From NCBI GenBank assembly GCA_964349415.1, contig CAYGGJ010000001.1, positions 1 to 53,318 on the forward strand: DNA of 53,318 bases, written 5' to 3'. The first letter of the stretch is position 1. Each line of letters starts with the position of its first letter. Under the pieces are notes generated by a model that did no database searches, was not told the DNA's origin, and saw only the letters and a program-made list of their open reading frames with translations. The DNA is from an uncultured Gammaproteobacteria bacterium (GTDB lineage: Bacteria > Patescibacteriota > Microgenomatia > UBA1406 > GWC2-37-13). This document shows, in pieces, positions 25,269 to 34,520 of this stretch. A program made the translations under genes and the position numbers.

Positions 25269-28200
25269 TTACGCAACGGTGCGGGCGACGAGGGAGTTGT
25301 TTGTAAGGTCATATCCGTTAAAATCAAATCGTTCAGATAAATTAGCGCTTTCATGATAATAATTACGGAAATGATTAATGGTCTGACTGTAATTCGACAT
25401 CGCGCTAGTGTTTCCAGGTATCAATACTCTTTTTTTCCCTCTCTGTTTGGCAAGGTCAGCCATCTTGTCTAAAAATTGTTCGATGAATTTACTCATTTCG
25501 TAATCGTGCTCTTTTGGGACATCAAATCCTCTAACCATAAGCGCACCTTCACCATCTTCAGTATCAACTTCAAACACGAGAACTGATCCGATAAATTTCG
25601 GGAGTTTGGTAACTGGATCAACCGTGACAAATTTATATGGGACTACTTCTCGGTTACGAAGTAGAGGATAGACTGCTGTATAGCAAACGTCGGCCAGATA
25701 TCCTGACATCTCACCGATAAATCCCCGGTCCGGAATAGCTTTTATTTCCAAATTAGTTTGGCCTCCTGAAATTTGAAAGCGTTCAACTGCCTCTTTGAGT
25801 CTAGAGTAGTATGGTTCAAAAATATCTCTCAGTTTTTCCTTGTTAGCGCGCATCGCCTCTGCGGTTTCCGGAGGCCAATACTCCTCGAGCCCTCCTTTAA
25901 CATTGATGACATGCTCATGAATTGGATCCTTAATCAAATCTACTACCGACAGTATTTGTTGGGGCAATATATTATTAGGAGGTTGTACTGAGGATAGAAT
26001 AGATGTAATTTGATCCTTCAGGTGTGGGTTTTGTAGAAATATCTTTTTAAAAATAAGCCCTCTTAAGATACCGTTCATTTCAGGGCGTTCGCTCTTATCC
26101 ATCTTCATAGCAACGACAGCACTCATGAGAGAATCCATTGAATCAACTCCATCGAGACTGTTATAGTAGGTTTGGAATCGAGAAAGTTCTTTTTCTAAGT
26201 GCTCTTTTTTCTTCCCATCGGCTTCCTTTAGAGTTTCTTCAATCTTTTCAAGCTTATTTCTTAAGAGTCCCTTAACATCTGGTTTGATATCTTTATATTT
26301 AAGAATAGAACGCAAGCTTTTCTGAATGTCGTGATACAACACATGGAAATCATCAGCTACTTCCGATGAGTCAAATTTTATCTTTACCTCTTGTAATAGG
26401 ATAGTTTCTGGCTTATAACCCTCGGGCAGAGGACTTATCCTGCCCTCTTCCATATCTTTCTCAAAATCCGAGATGATTTCCTGAAACGAATGTCTGCCAT
26501 TATCAAAACGGTGAGAGGCTTTACCGGTGACCACCCGTAGATTGGCCAGCTCAAAAGCGGTTAGTTGAGAGGGATGAAGAATGGGTTCTTCTCCGTAGGC
26601 TAATACTTTCATTCGCTCCATTGCGGCAAGAAGATCTGCTTTGGTATCAATTCCTTTTCCTGCGATGTCTGCCGGGAGTTCTTTAATTAGTCCTTTTTCA
26701 AGAAGCGTAAGTTGTTTAAAGTAGTGAAAGACATGAAGATCTTTACTTAATCCAAATTGTTCAACGTATTCGGCAACGATTTCCATATCTCGTGTAGTAA
26801 AAGTAAAAAAATCTTTATAGTTTTGATTGCCCTTAAGTAGAAACTCCATAAATTGAGATGCTCGATCGTACTCATTGTGCAAAAATGCATTTCGACGCTC
26901 ATCAGACTCAGTGGGTAGGGCCTTTAAAAATCTTTCAACTACTTCTTCACCCAATGCGTCTTTCCATTCCTGTTTACCTGCTCTTTCACAAAATACCTCT
27001 GGGGCCTCCAGCGCCCATTGGCGTAGCCCCTCATCTCCATAAATCTCTGTCCATTCCGTTCTTGTTGCAGTCTCTATAAATTTGTCTTTTGCTTCCTCTT
27101 TCCATTTTTTCATTCCTTCATTTCCAAAGGCGGCTCTCCATTGATCAGCGCCTGCAACGCTGATAAATGCCGATCTGTTTACTTCCAACACCGTCCTCAT
27201 AAGTAGGGGATAATGTTCATTTGCACCTACTAAAGGCTGAGATTGTTCGAATCCCGATCTAACCTCACCCTCCGGGAAAAATTTAGCGTAGTTTTTTACG
27301 AGAAACTCTATTTGATCATATGAAAGATCTGAAGTTAAGGCGAACTTATAAAAATTTACTTGATTCATAGTAAGATGATATTCGTCAGGTACAAACTGGG
27401 ACTCTGTAATTTTTTTGCTTACAAATGCCATTTTTTTAAGACTTGCTATTGCGCGATCCCGTTCATCAGGAGTTATATCTTTTTTATTCAACGTTTCCAA
27501 ATCAGCATCCAAAATACTCGCTTTTTTATTTCCTATATATTTGTCTGTGTACTTGACTGCGCTTGGGATTCTATAAAAAGCATTTCTTTCCTCCTCTGTA
27601 AGGATGCCGGCGTCTTTTAATCCATTTTCATCTATGTGGACACTTTGCGCGTTAAGAAAATCGACAAGTTGGGGATCGTCAGAAACAGACGTAAGCCCCA
27701 AATGTAACGGGATCATAAATCTATTTTTAAACCTCCACTCAAGTTCAAATAAATCTTTTTGTTCGCCAGACAAACGTCTTTCATTAATCTTCAATTCTCT
27801 TAGCTCGTTTTCAATAGATTGCAACTCCGGATAAGTATCCATCGTTTTTGCGACTATCTCGTCCCAGTTTCCTTTTTCCTTCATCTTGAGAAGCGCGTGC
27901 ATGGCATTGTTATCTTTCGAGAGTCTTGTGTAACGTCCCATACTTCCATATTCGTCTGTTTTTCTGGTATCAAAGGCATTTATCGCGATCAAACGTCTTA
28001 TGACAAAAGGAGTAGGATTGCGAGATAAATACTCAATTGCGAGTGAAGGTTCTGCTGCATAATACCGCTCGTCCCAATCTGCTCCGCGATAAGCCCGTCT
28101 CTCCTCGAAGCATATCGACATAGCGTCGTCATCAACCTCCTGTTTTATTCGGTCGAGAATATCTTCATCAAAGAATTTACGAAAGACGGTGGTTTTTTCT

Positions 28201-28895
28201 TTCCCACGCATTCCTGAAAGAAGTGCAAGACGATCCTTGATGAGGTTATTAACGGGAAAACCCATCTTAACGAACTCGTAGTATCCAAGACTGTGAAATT
28301 CACGTGCAAAGTTATACGCCGGATTATGTTCGATCACCCCGTCTAAGCGATACTGCTTTAGTACTTCTTCGCACTGATCCTTGAGGGGGTTATATTTTTC
28401 CTTCTTTTCTTGGTACTCTGATTTGTCAGCTCCCTTCAGTTCAGCCTCGTACTTTTTATAATCAAAATACGCTTGATGGGCTTCTTGTAATTCTTTATCA
28501 GAAAGCGCAGGATTTATATACTTCATGATCTCTACTCCTTCCGGGGTCTCAAAAACTTCTGTATAGTAATCATAGAAAACTGTTGTGCTCGCATCTCTTA
28601 AGTCGCGAATTTCTTCGCGGGTTTCTTGCGGAATCTGATGCCATTTCTTTCCGGCTGTGTTTTTTGCAATCTCCTTTAATTGTCCGCGAATTTCATCCAG
28701 GCGCGCCCTGTAAGGGTCTTTGTGATCTTTGACTTCTATCTCTGTGTAATTTTTTGGGTTGTCCTTATCCTTGGAATCTTGGGGAGGTTGGTTAAAAGAG
28801 GCGAGCTTGTCGAGCACTTTTTTGGTTGGATCAGATTGTTGAGGAGCTGGCTTTTCAAGAACCGCAGTAGGAGTACCTTCACGAGGCTCAGCCAT
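25269..28895 (-). CDS. Orphan ~1208-aa protein (cassette gene 1), function unknown
   Basis: Uninterrupted 3.6-kb ORF. ATG at 28895 (MAEPREG) is preferred over the TTG at 28913. No TM helices and no motif I can name. Confidence 0.8.
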   Translation of the reverse strand: MAEPREGTPTAVLEKPAPQQSDPTKKVLDKLASFNQPPQDSKDKDNPKNYTEIEVKDHKDPYRARLDEIRGQLKEIAKNTAGKKWHQIPQETREEIRDLRDASTTVFYDYYTEVFETPEGVEIMKYINPALSDKELQEAHQAYFDYKKYEAELKGADKSEYQEKKEKYNPLKDQCEEVLKQYRLDGVIEHNPAYNFAREFHSLGYYEFVKMGFPVNNLIKDRLALLSGMRGKEKTTVFRKFFDEDILDRIKQEVDDDAMSICFEERRAYRGADWDERYYAAEPSLAIEYLSRNPTPFVIRRLIAINAFDTRKTDEYGSMGRYTRLSKDNNAMHALLKMKEKGNWDEIVAKTMDTYPELQSIENELRELKINERRLSGEQKDLFELEWRFKNRFMIPLHLGLTSVSDDPQLVDFLNAQSVHIDENGLKDAGILTEEERNAFYRIPSAVKYTDKYIGNKKASILDADLETLNKKDITPDERDRAIASLKKMAFVSKKITESQFVPDEYHLTMNQVNFYKFALTSDLSYDQIEFLVKNYAKFFPEGEVRSGFEQSQPLVGANEHYPLLMRTVLEVNRSAFISVAGADQWRAAFGNEGMKKWKEEAKDKFIETATRTEWTEIYGDEGLRQWALEAPEVFCERAGKQEWKDALGEEVVERFLKALPTESDERRNAFLHNEYDRASQFMEFLLKGNQNYKDFFTFTTRDMEIVAEYVEQFGLSKDLHVFHYFKQLTLLEKGLIKELPADIAGKGIDTKADLLAAMERMKVLAYGEEPILHPSQLTAFELANLRVVTGKASHRFDNGRHSFQEIISDFEKDMEEGRISPLPEGYKPETILLQEVKIKFDSSEVADDFHVLYHDIQKSLRSILKYKDIKPDVKGLLRNKLEKIEETLKEADGKKKEHLEKELSRFQTYYNSLDGVDSMDSLMSAVVAMKMDKSERPEMNGILRGLIFKKIFLQNPHLKDQITSILSSVQPPNNILPQQILSVVDLIKDPIHEHVINVKGGLEEYWPPETAEAMRANKEKLRDIFEPYYSRLKEAVERFQISGGQTNLEIKAIPDRGFIGEMSGYLADVCYTAVYPLLRNREVVPYKFVTVDPVTKLPKFIGSVLVFEVDTEDGEGALMVRGFDVPKEHDYEMSKFIEQFLDKMADLAKQRGKKRVLIPGNTSAMSNYSQTINHFRNYYHESANLSERFDFNGYDLTNNSLVARTVA

Positions 28896-28942
28896 ATTAT
28901 TTAATCCTAACAAATATCACGTAAAGATGTGAGATAGTAGGA

Positions 28943-28993
28943 TCAATTCAAAAGGCAGGATTGCGGATCGGCGATTCCTATTTTGAGATTCAT
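28943..28993 (-). pseudogene. Second, more degenerate ychF 5'-end remnant or leader ORF (MNLKIGIADPQSCLLN*)
   Basis: ATG AAT CTC AAA ATA GGA ATC GCC GAT CCG CAA TCC TGC aligns with copy B MANLSVGIVNPQSYLL (one-codon deletion). It is preceded by an ATAATA box. Confidence 0.4.
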
Positions 28994-29011
28994 GATATGC
29001 TATTATAAAGT

Positions 29012-29806
29012 ATGGTTAGCAAGAAGCCAAAAAAGTTTTGGTGGTTACTGCTTCTCCCGCTCTTTATTGTCTTTTTCTACATGGTCATGGGGATTGTCTT
29101 TTCGGGGCCGCCTACTCAGGAAGAGTTAAGCGAAAAGTTCATAGTAGTAAACCCGCTTGATCTTTCGCAAATAAGAGGATTTTCCAAATACAGAAGCTGT
29201 ATGGGACACGATTATCGCGCTCCATTGGTTTCAGGCCCAAAGGAATCCACACCTCGTTCAATGAAGCATTACATAAAAGTGAAGGAAGAGTTAATGGGCA
29301 AAAACGGTGTCGTAAAAGCGATAGCACCTTTTGATGGTAAGATTTCTAACATTGAAAAAAGGGATCCAGAACGTACCTCCACCGATCAGCAGATTTGGTT
29401 GAGTCCCAACGCAAACGATGCTTCGCCAAGATTATGGCATTTTGTCTTTTTTCACATAGATCTTAGAGACGACCTTAAGGAAGGGTCTGTGGTAAAGGCA
29501 GGTGAAACTATTGGTACCGCAACTTTGGCAAGAGGACCTGAGAAAACTACCGACAATTTTGATATGGCTGTCAAATTTACACGGCCTATGGCAGAGCCAT
29601 CCATAGATGAACCATTTGCGCATATGTCAGACGAAGTATTGTCAGAATATCGCCAATACGGCATAACTCCGTCTAACGTCATAATTTCAAAGGAATACCG
29701 AGATCAGAATCTTTGTCCAACGATAGATAAGGTTGTAGGAGGAGATATCTATTTCCCACCAAACACCGATCCCAACGATATAGTCTACTTACAAGAATCT
29801 CTTTAA
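29012..29806 (+). CDS. Signal-anchored protein with a possible degenerate LytM/M23-like domain
   Basis: TM anchor (FWWLLLLPLFIVFFYMVMGIVF). VVKAIAPFDGKISNIE...WHFVFFHIDLRDDLKEGSVVKAGETIGTA resembles the M23 'v.A...G.V......i.H......Y.Hl....v..G..V..G..iG' strand order, but the HxH motif is absent. Confidence 0.4.
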   Translation: MVSKKPKKFWWLLLLPLFIVFFYMVMGIVFSGPPTQEELSEKFIVVNPLDLSQIRGFSKYRSCMGHDYRAPLVSGPKESTPRSMKHYIKVKEELMGKNGVVKAIAPFDGKISNIEKRDPERTSTDQQIWLSPNANDASPRLWHFVFFHIDLRDDLKEGSVVKAGETIGTATLARGPEKTTDNFDMAVKFTRPMAEPSIDEPFAHMSDEVLSEYRQYGITPSNVIISKEYRDQNLCPTIDKVVGGDIYFPPNTDPNDIVYLQESL

Positions 29807-29817
29807 AGCGAGGTGTC

Positions 29818-30876
29818 TCACAAATGCTTCTTGAAGAAATTTACTGTGTTTTGCATCGCTTGGTTGAAGGTTGAGCCCGATAGATTATGTCCTCCTCCCG
29901 GATATTCATTAAGCTCGTGAGGAACTGATGTTTTATCTAAAAGAGAATTGAGGTTCCGCGAATATTGTATTGAAACCACATTGTCATCTATCGCATGATT
30001 GAGTTGAAGCGCTCCTTTTAAATCGCTCAAGTAATTAGTCGGCGCCATCTGTTTCCAAAAAGGACTTTCAGGAGTAAAGTCTCCGTACAGATCTCGCAAT
30101 CTTTGGCGCCTTTGTTGACGTTGCGAGGTTTGTTCCGGCGGACGATAACTTCCATCATCAATCCCGTATTCCTGCATATCGCCATAGGTGTATACAGCAC
30201 CTGCCCAGATTACTACAGCCGGTATCTCAGGTTTTACAGCAGAAGACCGGAGTACTACGTTTCCCGCCATGCTGTGACCCCAAAGTCCTATTTTTTTCGG
30301 ATTTACGAGATCTGAATTTTGAAGAGCGCTATATGCATTTAAGGTATCGACGATATAGTCACCGGAAAAATATGCGCCGCTTGCCTCACCCTCAGAGTTT
30401 GCATGTCCTCTCAGGTCTATCTTAAATACTACAAATCCATTAGAAGCAAGATAATCGACATACGACGAGTACTGGGTTAAGGTCTGATATTGCGCAGGTG
30501 GAATATAGCCATGGAGAAAAACAATCGCCGGCCAGCCGCCTGCAGGTTTCGGTCCTTTAGGCTCGGTAAAGACTCCGTTAATCTTTAATCCGTCGGAATC
30601 ATAACTCGTAAGATATGAGGTGTAGTTTCCGTTTTCAGAAACTTTTTCTAGCGCTCCCAACTGACTTTTGTATTCTCTTGCTCGAAGGTAGGGGATGGTC
30701 AGCTCTTGAAAAGGAAAAGGTGTCGGCGTGGGTCCTGAGACCGCTGTATTTATCTGTTTAACCGTTGACTCTAGCTGAGTTACAACGTTAGATTTTCCAC
30801 CGGTGATCTGAGAGTAGAGTAGAAACAAAAGACCTGTCACAATAACTCCGGCACCAATAAATATGAGTTTTCGCAT
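29818..30876 (-). CDS. Secreted or anchored alpha/beta-hydrolase (S9 peptidase / dienelactone-hydrolase-like)
   Basis: N-terminal TM segment. PAIVFLHGY (oxyanion region), GLWGHSMAGN (nucleophile elbow) and a C-terminal YPGGGHNL (catalytic His context). Confidence 0.75.
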   Translation of the reverse strand: MRKLIFIGAGVIVTGLLFLLYSQITGGKSNVVTQLESTVKQINTAVSGPTPTPFPFQELTIPYLRAREYKSQLGALEKVSENGNYTSYLTSYDSDGLKINGVFTEPKGPKPAGGWPAIVFLHGYIPPAQYQTLTQYSSYVDYLASNGFVVFKIDLRGHANSEGEASGAYFSGDYIVDTLNAYSALQNSDLVNPKKIGLWGHSMAGNVVLRSSAVKPEIPAVVIWAGAVYTYGDMQEYGIDDGSYRPPEQTSQRQQRRQRLRDLYGDFTPESPFWKQMAPTNYLSDLKGALQLNHAIDDNVVSIQYSRNLNSLLDKTSVPHELNEYPGGGHNLSGSTFNQAMQNTVNFFKKHL

Positions 30877-30924
30877 AAACGTAAGAACTCAATTGTACCT
30901 CATATCCGATGTTTATAATATGCT

Positions 30925-31353
30925 ATGCGTTATAAAAAAGGATTGGTCGTGGGGAGATTTCAGCCGTTTCATAAAGGACACCTCTATCTCATAAAGCAGG
31001 CGCTTGAGAAAGCTGAAGAATTGATAATCGTCGTGGGAAGCAGTAATAAAAATGACGAGAGAAATCCGTATAGTTTTACAGAAAGAAAAAAGCAGATTGA
31101 AGAGGTTTTAAAGAAACATAAGTTATTGGAAAAGATAAAGAAGATCACCCCTCAACCAGATCATCCGGATGACGGCGTGTGGTTTAAAAATCTAAAAAAG
31201 AAGATAGGTGAGTTTGACGTTGCGTTCGGTAACAATGAATGGGTAAACGGAATTCTTGAAAGTGCGGGACGCGAAGTTATTCGGGTTCCGCTTTATAAAC
31301 GCCACATCTATGAGGGTACAAAGATACGGAAGAAGCTAATTCATCCCAATTAA
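30925..31353 (+). CDS. Nicotinamide-nucleotide adenylyltransferase, archaeal/NadM type (short, 142 aa)
   Basis: GLVVGRFQPFHKGHLYLIKQAL carries the GRFQPxHxGH cytidylyltransferase-superfamily motif typical of NadM-type NMNAT. Confidence 0.75.
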   Translation: MRYKKGLVVGRFQPFHKGHLYLIKQALEKAEELIIVVGSSNKNDERNPYSFTERKKQIEEVLKKHKLLEKIKKITPQPDHPDDGVWFKNLKKKIGEFDVAFGNNEWVNGILESAGREVIRVPLYKRHIYEGTKIRKKLIHPN

Positions 31354-31425
31354 CCTCTTTCTTTATTACACAAGTCTTACGTGAACCTTACGTTATTTTT
31401 GGAGAACAATCTTATAGTTAACTTT

Positions 31426-31740
31426 ATGAAAGAAGTAATGAAGAGTATATTGCTGGCAGTAGGAGCGCAGAAAGTCTTCATGGACATCCTTCCGTTTTTT
31501 TTGACATTTTCAAACTTCTTAGGAGCTGTAGTTTTCTCAGTGTATATAATAATGAATATATACGCAGTCATTCTTTTCTCACAATATATTTATGCGGTTT
31601 GGCATCAACCACTTGACTACATTAAAGACTTCTTTAGCCTGCTTTTCCACCGCCTGCAACGGGAATTCAATACCTTTCGTAGATCTTCAGTGCGTACCAC
31701 ATTAGGAAGGCGAATAGTCCATGCTCATGCGGGTTCTTGA
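31426..31740 (+). CDS. Hypothetical small membrane protein
   Basis: ORF with two hydrophobic helices. ATG at 31426 is preferred over the GTG at 31381. Weak support. Confidence 0.35.
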   Translation: MKEVMKSILLAVGAQKVFMDILPFFLTFSNFLGAVVFSVYIIMNIYAVILFSQYIYAVWHQPLDYIKDFFSLLFHRLQREFNTFRRSSVRTTLGRRIVHAHAGS

Positions 31741-31771
31741 CATGAGAGCAATTTTTTATTATCGTAAAAGT

Positions 31772-32521
31772 ATGCTACGAAGAATCGGATATTTTCTCAT
31801 CCCTTCGTTATTTGTGCTTCTGGCAATGACAGCTTACGGTCAGGATACTTCTTCTGAACCAAACCTTGATACCAGCGGTACTCCTTCCAAACAAAACAGC
31901 CGTACCATCCGTGTAAATGCCCAGGAAAAGAAGCAGGCAGCCCAGGAAAGACTTACAGCTCTAAAGGAAAAAAGGGCAAGCTTCAGCGCATCTCTTAGAG
32001 AAAAGAAAGAAGAGGCTTTGACATTAAGAAAACAAAAACAACAAGATCTTCAAGAAAAACTGCAAACATTTAAAGACGAGCAAAAAAAAGCAAGAATAGA
32101 AAAAATAGATGAGAAACTTGCTCAAATCAACACGAGAAGAACAGATCGTTGGGTAGAGGCATTAGAAAAGCTCGCAGGTATAGTCGATAGGCTTGATGCA
32201 AAGGTTGCTACTGCAGAAACTGAAGGGAAGGACGTAACGACCGCAAAATTAACTATAGAAGATGCGAGAGATGCTATTGCAACAGCGCAAAGTACCGTAA
32301 GCTCCCAGGCAGGTAAAGACTATACTGTTTCACTTACAGACGAGAGCACTGCAAAAAACCTCGTGGGAAAGACCGTAAGCGGTATGCAGGCTGATTTACG
32401 CGCAGTTCACAAAGCTATCATCGACGCAAGAAAAGCAGTTATGACGGCTGCAAAAGAGGTTAAAAAATTGAATGCGCCTAAGACTGAAGAGGGAGCTACA
32501 GAGTCAGCAATCACTCAATAA
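31772..32521 (+). CDS. Secreted coiled-coil (K/E/A/Q-rich) protein
   Basis: Signal peptide from the internal Met (MLRRIGYFLIPSLFVLLAMTAYG), followed by long heptad-like charged helices. Confidence 0.6.
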   Translation: MLRRIGYFLIPSLFVLLAMTAYGQDTSSEPNLDTSGTPSKQNSRTIRVNAQEKKQAAQERLTALKEKRASFSASLREKKEEALTLRKQKQQDLQEKLQTFKDEQKKARIEKIDEKLAQINTRRTDRWVEALEKLAGIVDRLDAKVATAETEGKDVTTAKLTIEDARDAIATAQSTVSSQAGKDYTVSLTDESTAKNLVGKTVSGMQADLRAVHKAIIDARKAVMTAAKEVKKLNAPKTEEGATESAITQ

Positions 32522-32522
32522 T

Positions 32523-32819
32523 ATGAACAACGCAACACCGCTACCGGATCTTCCACAAACACCAGAAACAAAAAAACCTCCGATAAATAAGGCGCTGGGC
32601 GTCATATTAGGCGTCCTTGTGGTTGCTCTGATAGGTATTGCTGCGGTTTTCGTAAGCGGAATGTATCAGAAGCCTGTAGAACCTACTCCTTCTTCTCAAA
32701 CAATAATTCCTACTGTTTCTCCAACACCTGCAGATGAGGAAGAAGAAGCAGAAGCCGTAGACACAGGTGATGTAGAGCAGGATCTTGAAGACGTAGAAAA
32801 AGACGTCAACGCGCTCTAA
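32523..32819 (+). CDS. Small single-pass membrane protein with an acidic C-terminal tail
   Basis: ATG at 32523, 1 nt after the previous stop. TM helix LGVILGVLVVALIGIAAVFV. The tail is ADEEEEAEAVDTGDVEQDLEDVEKD. Confidence 0.5.
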   Translation: MNNATPLPDLPQTPETKKPPINKALGVILGVLVVALIGIAAVFVSGMYQKPVEPTPSSQTIIPTVSPTPADEEEEAEAVDTGDVEQDLEDVEKDVNAL

Positions 32820-32822
32820 ACT

Positions 32823-32894
32823 CGCATTTAGGCCTTCGCATTTCGCATGTAGGATTTTACCCTAAATGCCATATGCTAAATGCGGAATGCTAAT
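32823..32894. repeat. GCATTTAG / CTAAATGC palindromic intergenic repeat (family copy b)
   Basis: cgcatttagg ccttcgcatttcgcatgtagg atttta ccctaaatgcc atatgctaaatgcg gaatgctaat. The outer 9-mer cgcatttag pairs perfectly with ctaaatgcg. It ends 14 nt before the ATG at 32909. Confidence 0.7.
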
Positions 32895-32908
32895 ATATAA
32901 TTGCTCTC

Positions 32909-33670
32909 ATGAAAGTTGTTTCCCAAAATACCCATACAATTACCCAAAAGGACAAAAGCGTAAATAGGCTTCTTGATCAGTACATTCCTTCAGTGAAGGA
33001 GCAATCGGTTGTGGTCGTCACCTCTAAAATCGTGTCAATCTGCGAAGGAAGCATTATTCCCATCGGCTCAGTAGATAAAGATAAGTTGATCCGAGAAAAT
33101 GCGGATTTCTATACAGACCGAGGGGACAGTCAGTATAACGTCATGCTTACTGTCAAAAATGGGATCCTTGCTGCTGGAGCGGGCATCGACGAATCCAATG
33201 GCTTTGGACATTACATATTATGGCCAAAAGACGCCCAAAAAAGCGCAAACTCCATCCGTGAATTTCTAGTTAAAAGATTTAAAGTCAAACATGTTGGTGT
33301 TGTTATTTCAGACAGTAGGACTTCACCGTTGCGCTGGGGAACTACAGGTATGGCCATTGCACATAGCGGATTTCAGGCACTCAAAGACTATATAGGCTCA
33401 AAAGACATCTTTGGTAGAGAGTTTCAGTTTGCTAAGCTAAACGTAGCAGACAGTCTCGCTGCAGCAGCAGTACTGACGATGGGTGAAGGAAAAGAACGGG
33501 CACCTATTGCTGTCATTGAGGACCTACGATATATAAAATTTCAGACGCGTAACCCGACCAAAAAGGAATTGGAAGATCTTCGGATTGAAATAAAAGATGA
33601 TTTATATGCCCCTATTCTGACCAAAGCGGGGTGGAAAAAGGGTGGAAGATCGCGTAAGGATATGCTATAG
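32909..33670 (+). CDS. CofE-family gamma-glutamyl ligase-like protein (F420-0:gamma-glutamyl ligase fold)
   Basis: VVVVTSKIVSICEG, GILAAGAGIDESNG and VISDSRTSPLRWGTTGMAIAHSG match the CofE-family conserved blocks. Confidence 0.7.
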   Translation: MKVVSQNTHTITQKDKSVNRLLDQYIPSVKEQSVVVVTSKIVSICEGSIIPIGSVDKDKLIRENADFYTDRGDSQYNVMLTVKNGILAAGAGIDESNGFGHYILWPKDAQKSANSIREFLVKRFKVKHVGVVISDSRTSPLRWGTTGMAIAHSGFQALKDYIGSKDIFGREFQFAKLNVADSLAAAAVLTMGEGKERAPIAVIEDLRYIKFQTRNPTKKELEDLRIEIKDDLYAPILTKAGWKKGGRSRKDML

Positions 33671-33678
33671 TTAAAATT

Positions 33679-34107
33679 ATGGACGACAGAAGATCTTCAA
33701 AATTCGGACTCGGATTACTGCTCGGTGCCGTTGGTGGTGCGCTTGCCGGAATATTTTTATCCCCCAAATCAGGAAAGGCTATGAGAAAAGACGCTAAGAA
33801 AAAGTATGATGAGCTTATGAAATTAATGAAGGATAAAGAAGTGGATAGAAAAGTCAAAGCAATCTTTGGTAATGTCACCACGGAATCAAAAAAACTCTAT
33901 GAGCAGGTAAAAGAAGAGCTTGTTTCCAGACTTGCTCAGATGAAGAAAGATATTGATAAAAATACATACGTTAAACAGGTTGAAAACGTTGTAGACAGCC
34001 TCAAAAGTCCACTTTCCAAACAGTCAGTAAGCGCTGCTAAAAAACTTAAAGACTCACTGTCCAAAGATTGGACAAAGCTCGAAAAATCTCTCAAAAAACC
34101 GAACTAA
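33679..34107 (+). CDS. YtxH-domain protein
   Basis: GLGLLLGAVGGALAGIFLSPKSGKAMRKD is the YtxH N-terminal motif. It is followed by a charged helical region. Confidence 0.75.
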   Translation: MDDRRSSKFGLGLLLGAVGGALAGIFLSPKSGKAMRKDAKKKYDELMKLMKDKEVDRKVKAIFGNVTTESKKLYEQVKEELVSRLAQMKKDIDKNTYVKQVENVVDSLKSPLSKQSVSAAKKLKDSLSKDWTKLEKSLKKPN

Positions 34108-34113
34108 AGCCTC

Positions 34114-34142
34114 TTGACAGGCAACTTCTCCAGTGGTATCTT
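34114..34142 (+). promoter_or_regulatory. Promoter candidate of small Cys-rich paralog 1 (near-leaderless)
   Basis: CCTCTTGACAG context. TTGACA (34114-34119), 17 nt, TATCTT (34137-34142), then 8 nt to GTG at 34151. The layout is duplicated at 34521-34549. Confidence 0.5.
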
Positions 34143-34150
34143 CAAACTAA

Positions 34151-34492
34151 GTGGCTAAAAAGAAATCCAAAGTAAGGCTCCGCCCTATCTTACTCCTCCT
34201 ACTTACTTCCTTAATCGCTATTGCCGTTATCGCAATAGGATACAGTAAAACTTTTGGATCAAGCGCAAAGAACAAGAAGAAATGCTCTCGTCTTGAAAGA
34301 TTGTTCGAAAGCTGCGATACGTGGGTTACAAAGGGAGCAGCAGGATCTCCAATGGGTATCTTAGATGTGCCGTCAGGAGAATCCTTACCAACGGTGGGAA
34401 AAAACTCAATATGCAGGTTAAACGGCATTTTAGAAGCACATTGTCAAAAAGGGTTGCAGTGTAAAGGAAGCCCAAAAGGCAAATGCAAATAA
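34151..34492 (+). CDS. Small signal-anchored Cys-rich secreted protein, paralog 1
   Basis: GTG start. MAKKKSKVRLRPILLLLLTSLIAIAVIAIGY ... LPTVGKNSICRLNGILEAHCQKGLQCKGSPKGKCK. It is colinear with the next gene. Confidence 0.7.
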   Translation: MAKKKSKVRLRPILLLLLTSLIAIAVIAIGYSKTFGSSAKNKKKCSRLERLFESCDTWVTKGAAGSPMGILDVPSGESLPTVGKNSICRLNGILEAHCQKGLQCKGSPKGKCK

Positions 34493-34520
34493 AGCGCCGT
34501 CAAAAATCAACTAAATCCTC

